Positions 1 through 10,046 are shown, numbered from the stretch's first letter. The stretch: DNA of 64,000 nt from an uncultured Candidatus Saccharibacteria bacterium (GCA_964357395.1 CAYHLC010000004.1:920-64919), one strand, 5' to 3'. Program-made: numbers and translations. Notes: generated by a model not told the origin, from the sequence alone.

Positions 1-3000
1 GGTCGTGTACTTTGCTGGCTACATTGTCACCAGCGTTAACGAAGACGAGCGGAAGCGCGTCATCGAGGACTTGGAGGCAGAGTATAAGACGAAGAGTAAG
101 ACTCTCAGTAACGAAAAGGCTATTACCGAACTGAAGAGCCTCGTAGTTGCTGCGAAGGGCGAAATCGAGCGCATCCAGCCTGGCCTCGTCCTCGATGAAA
201 TTGAGTACCACCGCTTTTCGGTTAAGTACGGCACCTTCTTCGAAGCAGGTATCGGAGCCGAGGCTATCTACAACATATTTAAGAACGTAAACCTCGAGAA
301 GCTCGGAGCAGACTTGGAGCGCCAATTAGAGGCAGGTACCGGAGCTGCAGATAAGGAGAAGTTGGTCAAGCGCCTCGCCTTGGTCAGGAGCATGCACAAG
401 GCAGGCGTCCGTCCTGAATGGATGTTCCTCACCCGCATTCCAGTCACGCCACCAGCCTTGCGCCCTATGGTTGCCTTGGAGTCCGGCCGCCACGCAACGT
501 CGGATGTTAACGACCTGTACCGCCGCGTCATCAACCGCAACAACCGTCTGATGAAGCTCCGCGACATCCATGCACCGGAAGTGATCCTCCGTAACGAAAA
601 GCGAATTCTGCAGGAAGCCGTGGACGCACTCCTCGATAATTCGATTAGACGCGGTCAGAATGCAGCAGGCGCAACCTCAGTGCAGCAGAAGCGTCCGCTG
701 AAGTCCCTTGCAGACTACCTGAAGGCGAAGCAGGGGTACTTCCGCTTCAACCTCCTCGGGAAGCGCGTCGACTACTCGGGCCGCTCCGTAATTGTGGTCG
801 GACCTGACCTCGCACTCGACGAGTGTGGTCTCCCCAAGCACATGGCACTCGAGTTGTTCCGTCCGTTTGTTATCTCCAAGCTCTTGTCGCGCGACCTCTC
901 GCACAACATCAAGGGCGCAGGCCGTCTGATTGAGGAAGGAATTCCGGAAGTGTGGGCAATCCTCGAAGAGGTGATCCACGGCAAGCACGTACTCTTGAAC
1001 CGCGCGCCAACACTGCACCGCCAGGGTATCCAGGCATTCCGTCCGACCCTGATCGAGGGCAACGCTATCCAGCTGCACCCACTCGTGTGTCAGGCGTTCA
1101 ACGCGGACTTCGATGGCGACCAGATGGCCGTCCACGTACCACTCTCTGAGGAAGCTCAGATGGAGGCACGTGAGATCATGTCCGCAAACAAGAACATCTT
1201 GAAGCCAGGCTCCGGATCCCCAGTCGTTTCGACTGACAAGGACATCGTCCTTGGTATCTTCTGGATGACACGCCAAATTGATGGCGTGCAGGGCGAGGGC
1301 AAGTACTTCTCGAGCCCAAACGCAGCCATCCTTGCATACGATTTTGATGATGTGGATATCCACGCCAAGATTTGGGTCCGTCCGTCTGAGGGCAGCAAGA
1401 AGTACGCAGCGCATACTGGAGACCGCTTCGAGACCACCGTTGGTCGACTCCTCTTCAACTCAATCTTCCCGAAGGATTACCCGTACTTCAACGACGAGGT
1501 CAAGAAGGCGACGCTCTCGAAGATCGTGGAGGACTTGATCCGAACCTATGGACTCAAAGAGCTTCCAAAAACACTCGACAAGATCAAGGCGTTCGGATTC
1601 CAGTTCGCAACCCGCTCCGGTATCACCTTCAACTCCTCTGACATTGTGGTGCCGAAGGAGAAGGGAGCTATTGTAATGAGTGCCCAGAAGGAAGTGCAGA
1701 TTATTGAGGAGCAGTATCAGAACGGACTCCTCACTGAGGAGGAGAAGACCAGGCTCGTCATCGAGATCTGGCAGAAGGCGAAGGGCGAGATCGAAAAGCT
1801 GATTATCCCGAACATGGATATCAACTCGTCTATCTACACCATCATCACCTCCGGTGCTCGAGGCTCGATGGGTCAGCTCTCACAGATGGCAGGTATGAAG
1901 GGCCTTATGCAGAACACGAAGGGTGAGGTCATCGAGTTCCCCGTCGTCTCCTCTATGAAGGAGGGTATGACCCCGATTGAGTACTTTACTACCACACACG
2001 GATCACGTAAGGGTCTCTCCGACACCGCGCTCAAGACCGCCGCTGCAGGATACCTGACACGCCGACTCTTCGACGTGGCGCAGGACGTGGTTATCGAGGG
2101 TGACGACTGTGGTACCAAGCGCGGTATTACGGTTCGTAAGATGCGCTCATCAGGAATGGAGGCAGATCTCGCGAAGCTGATCTTCGGTCGCGTCTTGGCG
2201 CAGCCACTTGAGATAGGGTCGCTGAACTTTAAGAAGGGCACATTGATCAGCCACGACGAGGCGCGTGCTATTGCGGACGCGGGTGCTACGGAGGCAATCC
2301 TCCGCTCACCAATGAGCTGCGAAAACGAGTACGGTGTCTGTCGCAAGTGTTACGGAATCGATATGACGACTCGTGAGCTTATTGATGTCGGCGAGGCAGT
2401 AGGAACTATTGCTGCGCAGGCTATTGGTGAGCCGGGCACTCAGCTCACCATGCGTACCTTCCACACTGGAGGTGCTGCTACTGTTGGCGGCGACATCACG
2501 AACGGCTTGCCTCGCGTCGAAGAGCTCTTCGACAAGCGGCCTCCGAAGGGAACTGCAGTCCTATCGGTAGTGACTGGCGAGGTGATCGAGATCAAGGACG
2601 ATGGCGCAAACGGCAAGATCATTGTTGTCCTCCCCGACGTTGGTTCCGAAGGAGCATCGAAGACTCGCGACAAGATAGAGTACGCCGTCCCAGCGCGCCG
2701 CGTCTCCATCGTTAAGGTGGGAACCAGGGTTACTCGAGGGGATGCGATTACTGACGGATCGGCGAACTTGGACGAGCTGTTCGAGCTTGGAGGCGCTGCA
2801 CGATTGCAAGAGTACATGATTGATGAGGTATCGAAGATTTATGACCTCCAGGGCGCACCCGTGTCGCACAAGCACATGGAGGTGATCATCAAGCAGATGT
2901 TCTCCCGCGCGAAGGTCAAGGAACCAGGAGATTCAGGATTGGTCCGTGGCGAAGTCGTCGAATGGGGCACCATGCGCAGGCAGAATGCCGAGCTCGAAGC

Positions 3001-3319
3001 GGCTGGCAAGATGCCAGCACGAGTCGAGGGACTCGTCCTCGGCATTACGGAGGTCTCGCTGAATCGTAAGAGTTTCCTCTCGGCAGCATCCTTCCAGCAC
3101 ACGACGCGTACGCTCATCGGTGCTGCTATCAAGGGCTCGGTAGACACACTCCGCGGTCTCAAGGAAAATGTCATCATCGGTCGCCTTATCCCAGCCGGTA
3201 CCGGCTACCCCGGGAGTCGGAAGCATGCGGTCATAGCCGAGTTCCAGAAGAAGCGCGCAGAGGAGATGTCGCGCATGGCAGACGATACTGATTCGCGCGC
3301 AAGGATACCCATCGAATAG
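1..3319 (+). CDS. rpoC: RNA polymerase beta' subunit (5'-partial)
   Basis: NADFDGDQMAVHVP catalytic motif, GKRVDYSGRSVIVVGP, GEPGTQLTMRTFHTGG, GLKENVIIGRLIPAGTG; ORF is open at the window edge. Confidence 0.99.
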   Translation, partial: VVYFAGYIVTSVNEDERKRVIEDLEAEYKTKSKTLSNEKAITELKSLVVAAKGEIERIQPGLVLDEIEYHRFSVKYGTFFEAGIGAEAIYNIFKNVNLEKLGADLERQLEAGTGAADKEKLVKRLALVRSMHKAGVRPEWMFLTRIPVTPPALRPMVALESGRHATSDVNDLYRRVINRNNRLMKLRDIHAPEVILRNEKRILQEAVDALLDNSIRRGQNAAGATSVQQKRPLKSLADYLKAKQGYFRFNLLGKRVDYSGRSVIVVGPDLALDECGLPKHMALELFRPFVISKLLSRDLSHNIKGAGRLIEEGIPEVWAILEEVIHGKHVLLNRAPTLHRQGIQAFRPTLIEGNAIQLHPLVCQAFNADFDGDQMAVHVPLSEEAQMEAREIMSANKNILKPGSGSPVVSTDKDIVLGIFWMTRQIDGVQGEGKYFSSPNAAILAYDFDDVDIHAKIWVRPSEGSKKYAAHTGDRFETTVGRLLFNSIFPKDYPYFNDEVKKATLSKIVEDLIRTYGLKELPKTLDKIKAFGFQFATRSGITFNSSDIVVPKEKGAIVMSAQKEVQIIEEQYQNGLLTEEEKTRLVIEIWQKAKGEIEKLIIPNMDINSSIYTIITSGARGSMGQLSQMAGMKGLMQNTKGEVIEFPVVSSMKEGMTPIEYFTTTHGSRKGLSDTALKTAAAGYLTRRLFDVAQDVVIEGDDCGTKRGITVRKMRSSGMEADLAKLIFGRVLAQPLEIGSLNFKKGTLISHDEARAIADAGATEAILRSPMSCENEYGVCRKCYGIDMTTRELIDVGEAVGTIAAQAIGEPGTQLTMRTFHTGGAATVGGDITNGLPRVEELFDKRPPKGTAVLSVVTGEVIEIKDDGANGKIIVVLPDVGSEGASKTRDKIEYAVPARRVSIVKVGTRVTRGDAITDGSANLDELFELGGAARLQEYMIDEVSKIYDLQGAPVSHKHMEVIIKQMFSRAKVKEPGDSGLVRGEVVEWGTMRRQNAELEAAGKMPARVEGLVLGITEVSLNRKSFLSAASFQHTTRTLIGAAIKGSVDTLRGLKENVIIGRLIPAGTGYPGSRKHAVIAEFQKKRAEEMSRMADDTDSRARIPIE

Positions 3320-5017
3320 ATGTCTGATACCGTAGATCGGATCAAAGAGCGCCTCAGCATTACCGAGGTGGTGCAGCCCTATGTCAAACTGACTAGGGCC
3401 GGCAAGTATTGGAAGGGCCTGTCACCCTTTACGAAAGAAAAGACTCCGTCGTTCTTCGTCACTCCTGACAGAGGGATCTTCCACTGCTTCTCTTCCGGAA
3501 AGGGAGGAGACATGTTCACGTTCATAGAAGAGATGGAAGGGGTGGACTTCCGCGGCGCACTGAAGCTCCTTGCTGAGAAGGCGGGCGTGGAATTGGTACG
3601 CGAGGCACCGGGCGCGCGTGATGAGCGCGAACAAGTCTATGCGGCGCTGGACGCTGCACGCGCGTATTACGAGTCTGTACTCGTCGAGCGTCCTGATGTT
3701 CAGGACTACCTTGTTAAAAGGCAGATCACGAAGGAACTCGCAGGAAGCTGGTCCCTAGGCTACGCACCAAACGAATGGCATGCCTTGCGCGAAACACTTT
3801 TGAAACAGGGCTTTTCGGAGATGACGATGGAGTCTGCAGGGCTTATCAAGACATCGGAAGAGGATGCACGGAAGAAGTACGACCGATTTCGAGGACGAAT
3901 CATGTTTCCAATTCGGGACGTCTCGGGGAGGGTGATCGGATTTTCCGGCCGCATCTTCGAAGAGGACCCAAAGCATCCGGGCGCCAAGTATATTAACTCG
4001 CCCGAGGGACCGGTGTTCGATAAGTCTCGCGCGCTCTATGGCATCCACGAGGCCAAGAACAAGATACGCGAGCTCGGCTTCGCCATGCTGGTAGAGGGAC
4101 AGGTGGACCTCCTCATGGCTCACTCCTTGGGCTACAAGAGCGCTGTCGCGACTTCCGGAACCGCATTTACCCCAGCGCACGCAGATGTCCTGAAGCGGTA
4201 CTCCTCTAATCTCCTCATCGCGTATGACGGCGATAAGGCTGGAATCGCCGCGGCAGGCCGCGCTGCAGCAGTCGCACTTCCGAGAGGGATGAACGTGAAG
4301 GTGGTGTCCCTTCCGCCTGGCATGGACCCTGCGGATTTGATAGGGAAAGACCCGGCCGCGTTCAAGGAGGCAGTCAAGAAGGCGGTACCAGTACCAGAGT
4401 TCTTCCTCGAGGTGGCGCGCCGTTCTGCTCGAGATCAACGCCAGTTTAAGCTCGAGGTAGGGAAGACGGTATTGCCGTACGTGGCACTGATCGAGAATAG
4501 AATAGACCAGGCCCACTTCGTCTCGGCCATAGCCTCGGCCCTCCAGGTGCCTCAGGATGCGGTGCAGTCGGAATTAAAGAAGCTTGGTACACAGGGTGTA
4601 GAAGTCGAGAAGGGTGCCAAGGATCCATACTTTTGGATCGACCAGGGCGAGCGGTTTATCTACGGCATCCTGCGCATATTGGAGGATACAAAGGACGTGC
4701 ACGCAGCGCTCGCTACATCGATTTTTGAAAGCAATTTCGGCCTTTCGCGTCTCGAAGAGATGCGTGGCATGCAAGAGCATGAGGAGGAGGCCGCACGAAT
4801 ACTGGCCTCAGAGAATTTCTTTGCCCTCAACGAGGATACGGCGAGTCAGGGGGTGGTATTGGAGGATATGCTACGCGAGGCAGAGCGCCGAGCAAAGCGT
4901 AGCGCATACGGAGATCTCCAAGCTCGCCTCAAAGTTGCCGCTTCGGCGGGGGATGCGAGAGAGGAGGCCTCACTTATGGCAGCCCTCACGAGCCTTGCTA
5001 AAGAGTTAGAAAATTAG
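3320..5017 (+). CDS. dnaG: DNA primase
   Basis: N-terminal zinc-ribbon-like region (PFTKEKTPSF...FHCFSSG), DRFRGRIMFPI, KYINSPE, TOPRIM VEGQVD...YDGDKAG. Confidence 0.98.
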   Translation: MSDTVDRIKERLSITEVVQPYVKLTRAGKYWKGLSPFTKEKTPSFFVTPDRGIFHCFSSGKGGDMFTFIEEMEGVDFRGALKLLAEKAGVELVREAPGARDEREQVYAALDAARAYYESVLVERPDVQDYLVKRQITKELAGSWSLGYAPNEWHALRETLLKQGFSEMTMESAGLIKTSEEDARKKYDRFRGRIMFPIRDVSGRVIGFSGRIFEEDPKHPGAKYINSPEGPVFDKSRALYGIHEAKNKIRELGFAMLVEGQVDLLMAHSLGYKSAVATSGTAFTPAHADVLKRYSSNLLIAYDGDKAGIAAAGRAAAVALPRGMNVKVVSLPPGMDPADLIGKDPAAFKEAVKKAVPVPEFFLEVARRSARDQRQFKLEVGKTVLPYVALIENRIDQAHFVSAIASALQVPQDAVQSELKKLGTQGVEVEKGAKDPYFWIDQGERFIYGILRILEDTKDVHAALATSIFESNFGLSRLEEMRGMQEHEEEAARILASENFFALNEDTASQGVVLEDMLREAERRAKRSAYGDLQARLKVAASAGDAREEASLMAALTSLAKELEN

Positions 5018-5035
5018 TACAATAATCGCTATTCC

Positions 5036-6268
5036 ATGGCTAAAAAGCGGACTAAATCAAAGCCGAAGAAGAAGGTCATAAAGAAGGTCAAAAAGCCGTC
5101 GCGACCTGTCCGCAAGCCGAAAAAGAAGGTGGTCAAGAAGGCAAAGCCGGCTAAGAAGAAAGTTGCCCCGAAGCCTGTCTTAAAGCCCACCAAGAAGTCC
5201 GCCGCTCTCGAGCAGAAGGCGAACGGCCTTATCGCACGCGGCAAGGAGCGCGGCTACGTCACCTATAACGAGATTCTAAAGGAGTTCCCAACCATCGAGG
5301 ACAACGTGATGTTCCTCGAGGACCTCTACGAGCGCCTTGCGACCTCCGGTGTGGATGTCCTGGAGTCCGGCGGCATGTTGGAGGAGGTACCAGACGAGGT
5401 CGTGATGCGAGGCAGCTACCGTGGAGAAGGATCCGCGCACGACTCGATACAGATGTACCTCCGCGAGATCGGCCAGTACCCACTCCTCTCAGCGCTTGAA
5501 GAACGCACACTCGCCAAGCGAATTGCTGATGGCGATGATGAGGCCAAGAACCTCCTCGCCCGGGCCAATCTCCGCCTTGTTGTTTCTATAGCTAAGAAGT
5601 ACGCAAACCGCTCGTCAGATTTGACGCTCCTTGACCTGATTCAGGAAGGTAACATCGGCCTTTTCCGAGCGGTCGACAAATTCGACTTCACCAAGGGATT
5701 CAAGTTTTCGACCTACGCGACGTGGTGGATCCGCCAGGCTATTACTCGCGCTCTCGCCGACCAGAGTCGCACCATCCGTATTCCGGTGCACATGGTGGAG
5801 ACCATAGCCAAGTACAAGCAGGTGGTACGCCGTCTGGAGCAGGACCTCGGTCGCGACCCAATGCCGGAGGAAGTAGCAGCAGAGATGGGTGTCGAGACCG
5901 AGAAAGTCTACCAGATCGAGCAGATCAACCAGGAGACACTCTCCCTCGAGGCGCCGATCAGTGCGGGCGACGACGAGGACGCATCAGCTCGCGGCGACTT
6001 TGTCGCTGACTCATCGCTCCCTAGTCCAGACCAGGAGACCTCGCACCGTATATTGGTAGAGCAGCTGCATGAGATCCTTGGAGATCTGTCGCCAAAAGAG
6101 CGAAAGATTTTGGAAATGCGACACGGACTTATGGACGGTATCTATCACACATTGGAGGAAGTGGGACAGGAGTTCGGCGTGACGCGCGAGCGCATCCGTC
6201 AGATCGAGGCCAAGGCCCTAGATAAGATCCGTACCCACGGCAAAGCCCGCCGCCTCCGCAGCTACTAA
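5036..6268 (+). CDS. rpoD: Primary sigma-70 factor with Lys-rich N-terminal extension
   Basis: [74 protein letters not shown]. Confidence 0.98.
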   Translation: MAKKRTKSKPKKKVIKKVKKPSRPVRKPKKKVVKKAKPAKKKVAPKPVLKPTKKSAALEQKANGLIARGKERGYVTYNEILKEFPTIEDNVMFLEDLYERLATSGVDVLESGGMLEEVPDEVVMRGSYRGEGSAHDSIQMYLREIGQYPLLSALEERTLAKRIADGDDEAKNLLARANLRLVVSIAKKYANRSSDLTLLDLIQEGNIGLFRAVDKFDFTKGFKFSTYATWWIRQAITRALADQSRTIRIPVHMVETIAKYKQVVRRLEQDLGRDPMPEEVAAEMGVETEKVYQIEQINQETLSLEAPISAGDDEDASARGDFVADSSLPSPDQETSHRILVEQLHEILGDLSPKERKILEMRHGLMDGIYHTLEEVGQEFGVTRERIRQIEAKALDKIRTHGKARRLRSY

Positions 6269-6269
6269 A

Positions 6270-6500
6270 CTAGTTCCCAGCTCGGCGCATGAAGTAGGCT
6301 GCGAGGACAGGAAGTGATGCTGCCGTAGCGATGACCGGTATCTGCATCTTGTCTGCCCAGACAGGGTAGTCAGTGCCAGATATGCCACCACTGAATGCTA
6401 TATCCACTGAGGCATATACCGCAGCTGCAGCGATGATGAGTGCCAAGGTCGCATATACTTTGTCGCGGTTCCGTGCCCCGCGCGAAGCTGTTTCTGTCAT
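6270..6500 (-). CDS. Small two-TM membrane protein
   Basis: Two hydrophobic segments; TTGACA-17nt-CAACTT promoter 7 nt before the ATG at 6500. Confidence 0.65.
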   Translation of the reverse strand: MTETASRGARNRDKVYATLALIIAAAAVYASVDIAFSGGISGTDYPVWADKMQIPVIATAASLPVLAAYFMRRAGN

Positions 6501-6536
6501 TAAATACAAGTTGACACGAGCTTGCCCATCTGTCAA

Positions 6537-6722
6537 TTATCGCAGGGAGAGAGCCAGGATGGTTGCGGTGCTGAGACTAAAGACAGTTGCGGTGGAGGCA
6601 AACGCCGCGTCAGCTTTTGAGTATCCGCGCGATAGTAGATAGTTGTAGAGGTCGTACCAGCGCAGGTCCTTGAGCTCATGCTCCGTTCGCATGCGCTCGA
6701 TCGTTCTACCCCTGTTGCCCAT
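6537..6722 (-). CDS. Small C-terminally anchored membrane protein (paralog of 6754-6957)
   Basis: Charged N-terminus, hydrophobic C-terminus; TATACT 6 nt before ATG; shares RW..(Y/F)N.L...G(Y/F)S..(D/E)AA.A...SLR with its neighbour. Confidence 0.7.
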   Translation of the reverse strand: MGNRGRTIERMRTEHELKDLRWYDLYNYLLSRGYSKADAAFASTATVFSLSTATILALSLR

Positions 6723-6753
6723 AAGGGCAGTATACATTTCTCTGCGAAGAGCG

Positions 6754-6957
6754 CTATCGCAGCGAGGCGATGAGTATTCCTGCTACAGCCGAACCAAAGA
6801 TCGTCATGCTAGCGGCAACAGCAGCTTCGCTCTCTGAGAATCCTGCCCCAGTCAGCTTATTAAATACATGCAGCCAGCGTGCGTCCCGCTTTTCCAGCTT
6901 GACTCGCAAGGTCCGTATTACGTCGTCCTTGTCGGGCCTCGGTTCTGCGAGTGCCAT
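6754..6957 (-). CDS. Small C-terminally anchored membrane protein (paralog of 6537-6722)
   Basis: MALAEPRPDK...GFSESEAAVAASMTIFGSAVAGILIASLR; clear similarity to the adjacent ORF. Confidence 0.7.
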   Translation of the reverse strand: MALAEPRPDKDDVIRTLRVKLEKRDARWLHVFNKLTGAGFSESEAAVAASMTIFGSAVAGILIASLR

Positions 6958-7004
6958 ATACCGGCACCGTACCATAGGCGCGCCTCTAGCAACAAGTCCC
7001 AGTC

Positions 7005-7032
7005 AAAAAACCGCCCAGCAGGGCGGTTTTTT
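7005..7032. terminator. Bidirectional intrinsic terminator-like hairpin
   Basis: AAAAAACCGCCC-AGCA-GGGCGGTTTTTT. Confidence 0.8.
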
Positions 7033-7048
7033 GGGGTATTCTAGGGAT

Positions 7049-7870
7049 ATGAGGAAGGGAAAGGCTACGAAATACCCGATTCCGCACTGGTCATATAGCA
7101 GCCTCCTGTCATACTTACGGAACCCGCTAGCTTGGTACAAGCGCTACGTAGAGCGCGTTTACGACATGCCCTCTGGCCCCTCGGCGTTTATCGGCAAGGC
7201 CGGCCACACGGCCCTCCAGCATTACTACGGAGGTATGTCTCCCGACGCATCGGTCGCACTCGGCCTGGAGTCATTGCGAGCTGTCGATGATTCCGAAATA
7301 GAGTTTGGAGCCTCTGGGAGGACCAAGAAGGCGCGGAGAGAAAAGCGCCAGCACATGGAAGGCGAGTACTTGCAGGCCATCGGCTTTTATCTCGCTAAGG
7401 CACCAAAGTACAAACGGATATACGGCATCGAGCACTCCGCAACGACGCAGGTCCCCGGGCTGCCACTACCTATCAAGGCGATATCAGACTTGGTGGTCGC
7501 CTCGCCGAAGCGCGGGCATGTGGACATTGTGGATCACAAGTTTGTCGAGTCGTTCAGTCCCTTGGGAGCGGATAAGCCACTCTTTGTTTTGCAGGCGATC
7601 TTCAACTACTACACCGTTCAATCATCGTTCAATAAGCCGGTAGCGCGGTTCATATTGCAGGAGTGCCGGAAGCGGAAGAACAAGGACGGCTCGAGTCAGA
7701 TGCGCCGCTACATACTCGACTACAAGGACTACGAGAGCGACTTTGAGGTCTTCCACAGGCTAGTCAAAGAGGCGAGTGCCGAAATAGCGACCCGTAAGAG
7801 CTATCTCCCGAACCCGTCAGACATGTTCGAGGGCAAGAATTCGTTTGATATTTACCGCCTCGGGCTGTAG
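7049..7870 (+). CDS. PD-(D/E)XK nuclease family protein (RecB/AddB-like)
   Basis: WSYSSL..Y..NP..WY, G..GH.AL, and D-LV...DIVDHK catalytic-type motifs; ATG at 7049 follows TATTCT. Confidence 0.8.
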   Translation: MRKGKATKYPIPHWSYSSLLSYLRNPLAWYKRYVERVYDMPSGPSAFIGKAGHTALQHYYGGMSPDASVALGLESLRAVDDSEIEFGASGRTKKARREKRQHMEGEYLQAIGFYLAKAPKYKRIYGIEHSATTQVPGLPLPIKAISDLVVASPKRGHVDIVDHKFVESFSPLGADKPLFVLQAIFNYYTVQSSFNKPVARFILQECRKRKNKDGSSQMRRYILDYKDYESDFEVFHRLVKEASAEIATRKSYLPNPSDMFEGKNSFDIYRLGL

Positions 7871-7872
7871 GT

Positions 7873-8586
7873 TTATTCGTCTGCGAGGACGGTGTCGATG
7901 ATCGACTTCACAGTTGCATACGGCTGCGCGCCTGGGATAGGCACCGTCTTGCCGCTCGCGGTCACAACGACGTTGTGTGGCGTCCCCTGACCACCAGACG
8001 CGATCGCGTCGTTGAACTCGTCTTGAACCTTGCTCTGGAACTTGCCAGAGTTGTAGCAGTTGTTGAACTCGGTAGAGTTGACCCCAACCTTGGCTGCAAG
8101 TGTAGGCAGGTCGGCGAGGTCAGTAAAGGTGCCTGCCGGAGCAACGTCGAACATCTCGTCGAGGAACTTCCAGTACGCGTCATTGCCACCGAGGTCGGCG
8201 ACACACTCAGACGCCTCGGCCAGCTTTGGGGCATTCGGATGCAACTGCGCCAAAGGGAAGTTACGCATAACCCACGCTACCTCGCCAGTTGGGCCGTACT
8301 CGGCCATGATCTGCTTCATGGTTGCGTGGTACTGCTTGCAAAATGGGCAATCAAGGTCGGTATACTCGACAATAATAATTCTCGCGTCAGGATTGCCAAG
8401 AATGTGATCAGTCTCGGTTACCTCTGGGACCTCAATATCGGTTGGAGTGCCAGTCGAGGTTGTGGGGCCAGTGCCGCCATTACCAACAAAGTATAAGGAG
8501 ACAGCAATAAGCGCGCCTGCAACAACAATAGCGATTGGTATCGCAAGGTTTTGCATTTGAGAAGGCTGTGGGGTTTCTGGGGGCAT
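7873..8586 (-). CDS. DsbA-family thiol:disulfide oxidoreductase
   Basis: N-terminal TM, EYTDLDCPFC, RNFPLAQLHP, GTP. Confidence 0.93.
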   Translation of the reverse strand: MPPETPQPSQMQNLAIPIAIVVAGALIAVSLYFVGNGGTGPTTSTGTPTDIEVPEVTETDHILGNPDARIIIVEYTDLDCPFCKQYHATMKQIMAEYGPTGEVAWVMRNFPLAQLHPNAPKLAEASECVADLGGNDAYWKFLDEMFDVAPAGTFTDLADLPTLAAKVGVNSTEFNNCYNSGKFQSKVQDEFNDAIASGGQGTPHNVVVTASGKTVPIPGAQPYATVKSIIDTVLADE

Positions 8587-8629
8587 GAGTTAAAACTTAA
8601 TGGTATGCGTGCATGATACCATAGCCCCA

Positions 8630-9430
8630 ATGCCCGAAATTGGCTCTCATGCGGTTCTCGGCCTCTTGCAGGGCCTCACCGAGTTCCTCCCCGTGTCCTC
8701 CTCTGGGCACCTCATACTGGCCCGCGACTATCTAGGATTGCTTGGTAGCGGGGACCTAGCAGTCGACGCGGTGCTGCAGCTTGCTACCGCCCTCGCCCTC
8801 GTCGTCTACTTCTGGCGGGATATCCTAAGGATTTGTTACACATTCCTGTACTGGATTACAGGTCGACCTACCGAGGCTACGGAGCGCACACTGCTCCTCG
8901 CCATCATTGCGGGTACCATCCCGGCCATCATCGCAGGACTACTCCTAGAGGACGCTATGGAGACAGTGTTCCGCTCGGCAGAGCTGGTCGCCTATACACT
9001 GATAGCGGGCTCGCTGATCATGCTAGCCGCAGAGTATCTCGCGAAGAGTGGCACGGCAACGTTGACGTGGACTAAGGGGCTCGTTATCGGGTTGTTCCAG
9101 TGCCTCGCACTCATCCCTGGCATGAGTCGCTCGGGCATGACCATCTCTGGAGGTATGTTTATGGGCCTCACACGCCCCGAGGCAGCACGCTTCGGGTTCC
9201 TCCTTGCGGCGCCAATACTGATAGGCTCGGGGCTGAAGAAGCTGATAGAGCTCGAGTCCTCCGGCACGCTCTCGACCATGGGCGCACCGATCGCTGCGGG
9301 CTTTGTTGCCTCGTTCCTCTCCGGCCTCCTCGCGGTCCACCTCCTCCTTATCATCGTCCGCCGCACACCCCTCACCGTCTTCGTTGTCTACCGCCTCCTC
9401 CTCGCCGCTCTCATCCTTTTGCTGGCATAA
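8630..9430 (+). CDS. uppP: Undecaprenyl-diphosphate phosphatase
   Basis: QGLTEFLPVSSSGHL and PGMSRSGMTI motifs, polytopic membrane protein. Confidence 0.96.
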   Translation: MPEIGSHAVLGLLQGLTEFLPVSSSGHLILARDYLGLLGSGDLAVDAVLQLATALALVVYFWRDILRICYTFLYWITGRPTEATERTLLLAIIAGTIPAIIAGLLLEDAMETVFRSAELVAYTLIAGSLIMLAAEYLAKSGTATLTWTKGLVIGLFQCLALIPGMSRSGMTISGGMFMGLTRPEAARFGFLLAAPILIGSGLKKLIELESSGTLSTMGAPIAAGFVASFLSGLLAVHLLLIIVRRTPLTVFVVYRLLLAALILLLA

Positions 9431-9467
9431 TATTGTTTGCATTTTTCACCATGGTGAAAAATATATA

Positions 9468-10040
9468 CTAAAACGGGAGGGTGTGGGTGAGGGAGGAGGC
9501 GGTTGGTTTTTCCCAATGAGTCGTGTCGATCGGTATGTCGCGCTTTTGGCCAAAGTCGTCATAGCGTAGCTTGCTATTCGCTAAGGCGAAGTCGTATATC
9601 TCCTTGGTTATCTGCACGTCCATGAGGCAGTACTTCTTGACCTTGTCCTTCTTGCCCTCCTGCCACCAACGCACTGCATCGAGTCCAGAGCCACCCTTCT
9701 TCTTGCCCAAGGTGGCCTTGGCTACCGAGTCGAGCTTGATGCGGCGCCCGAGCACGTTCTTGATCTCGGTAAGGAGGTCGATGGAGCGGATCTTGCTAAG
9801 GTCCCCGCTGTAGTATTTGTTGAGGATGGGGATGTCAAAGTGGTCCGAGTTGTACCCGATCAAAACATCTGCACGCTCTAATATTGGCCACAAGAGTGGC
9901 AGCTCCGAGACCTCGTAGGCCCTCAGTGAGTCATCCTCAGAATCATGGACACCAATGACGGAGAGCTCCATCGCAGATGGGTCAAACACGCCCGTAGCAG
10001 AAGTCGTCTCGATGTCGAGTGTAATTCTTCTCATAGGCAC
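9468..10040 (-). CDS. RNase H-like / DEDD 3'-5' exonuclease (YprB-like)
   Basis: LDIET, GYNSDHFD, YCLMDV. Confidence 0.85.
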   Translation of the reverse strand: MPMRRITLDIETTSATGVFDPSAMELSVIGVHDSEDDSLRAYEVSELPLLWPILERADVLIGYNSDHFDIPILNKYYSGDLSKIRSIDLLTEIKNVLGRRIKLDSVAKATLGKKKGGSGLDAVRWWQEGKKDKVKKYCLMDVQITKEIYDFALANSKLRYDDFGQKRDIPIDTTHWEKPTASSLTHTLPF

Positions 10041-10046
10041 TAGCCA

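Noticed and set aside
6770-7048. N-terminal extension of the 366-aa ORF
   Set aside because: It overlaps an opposite-strand gene and a terminator; ATG 7049 has its own -10 box
7049-7870. Cas4 / CRISPR locus
   Set aside because: No four-Cys Fe-S pattern, no cas genes and no repeat-spacer array seen
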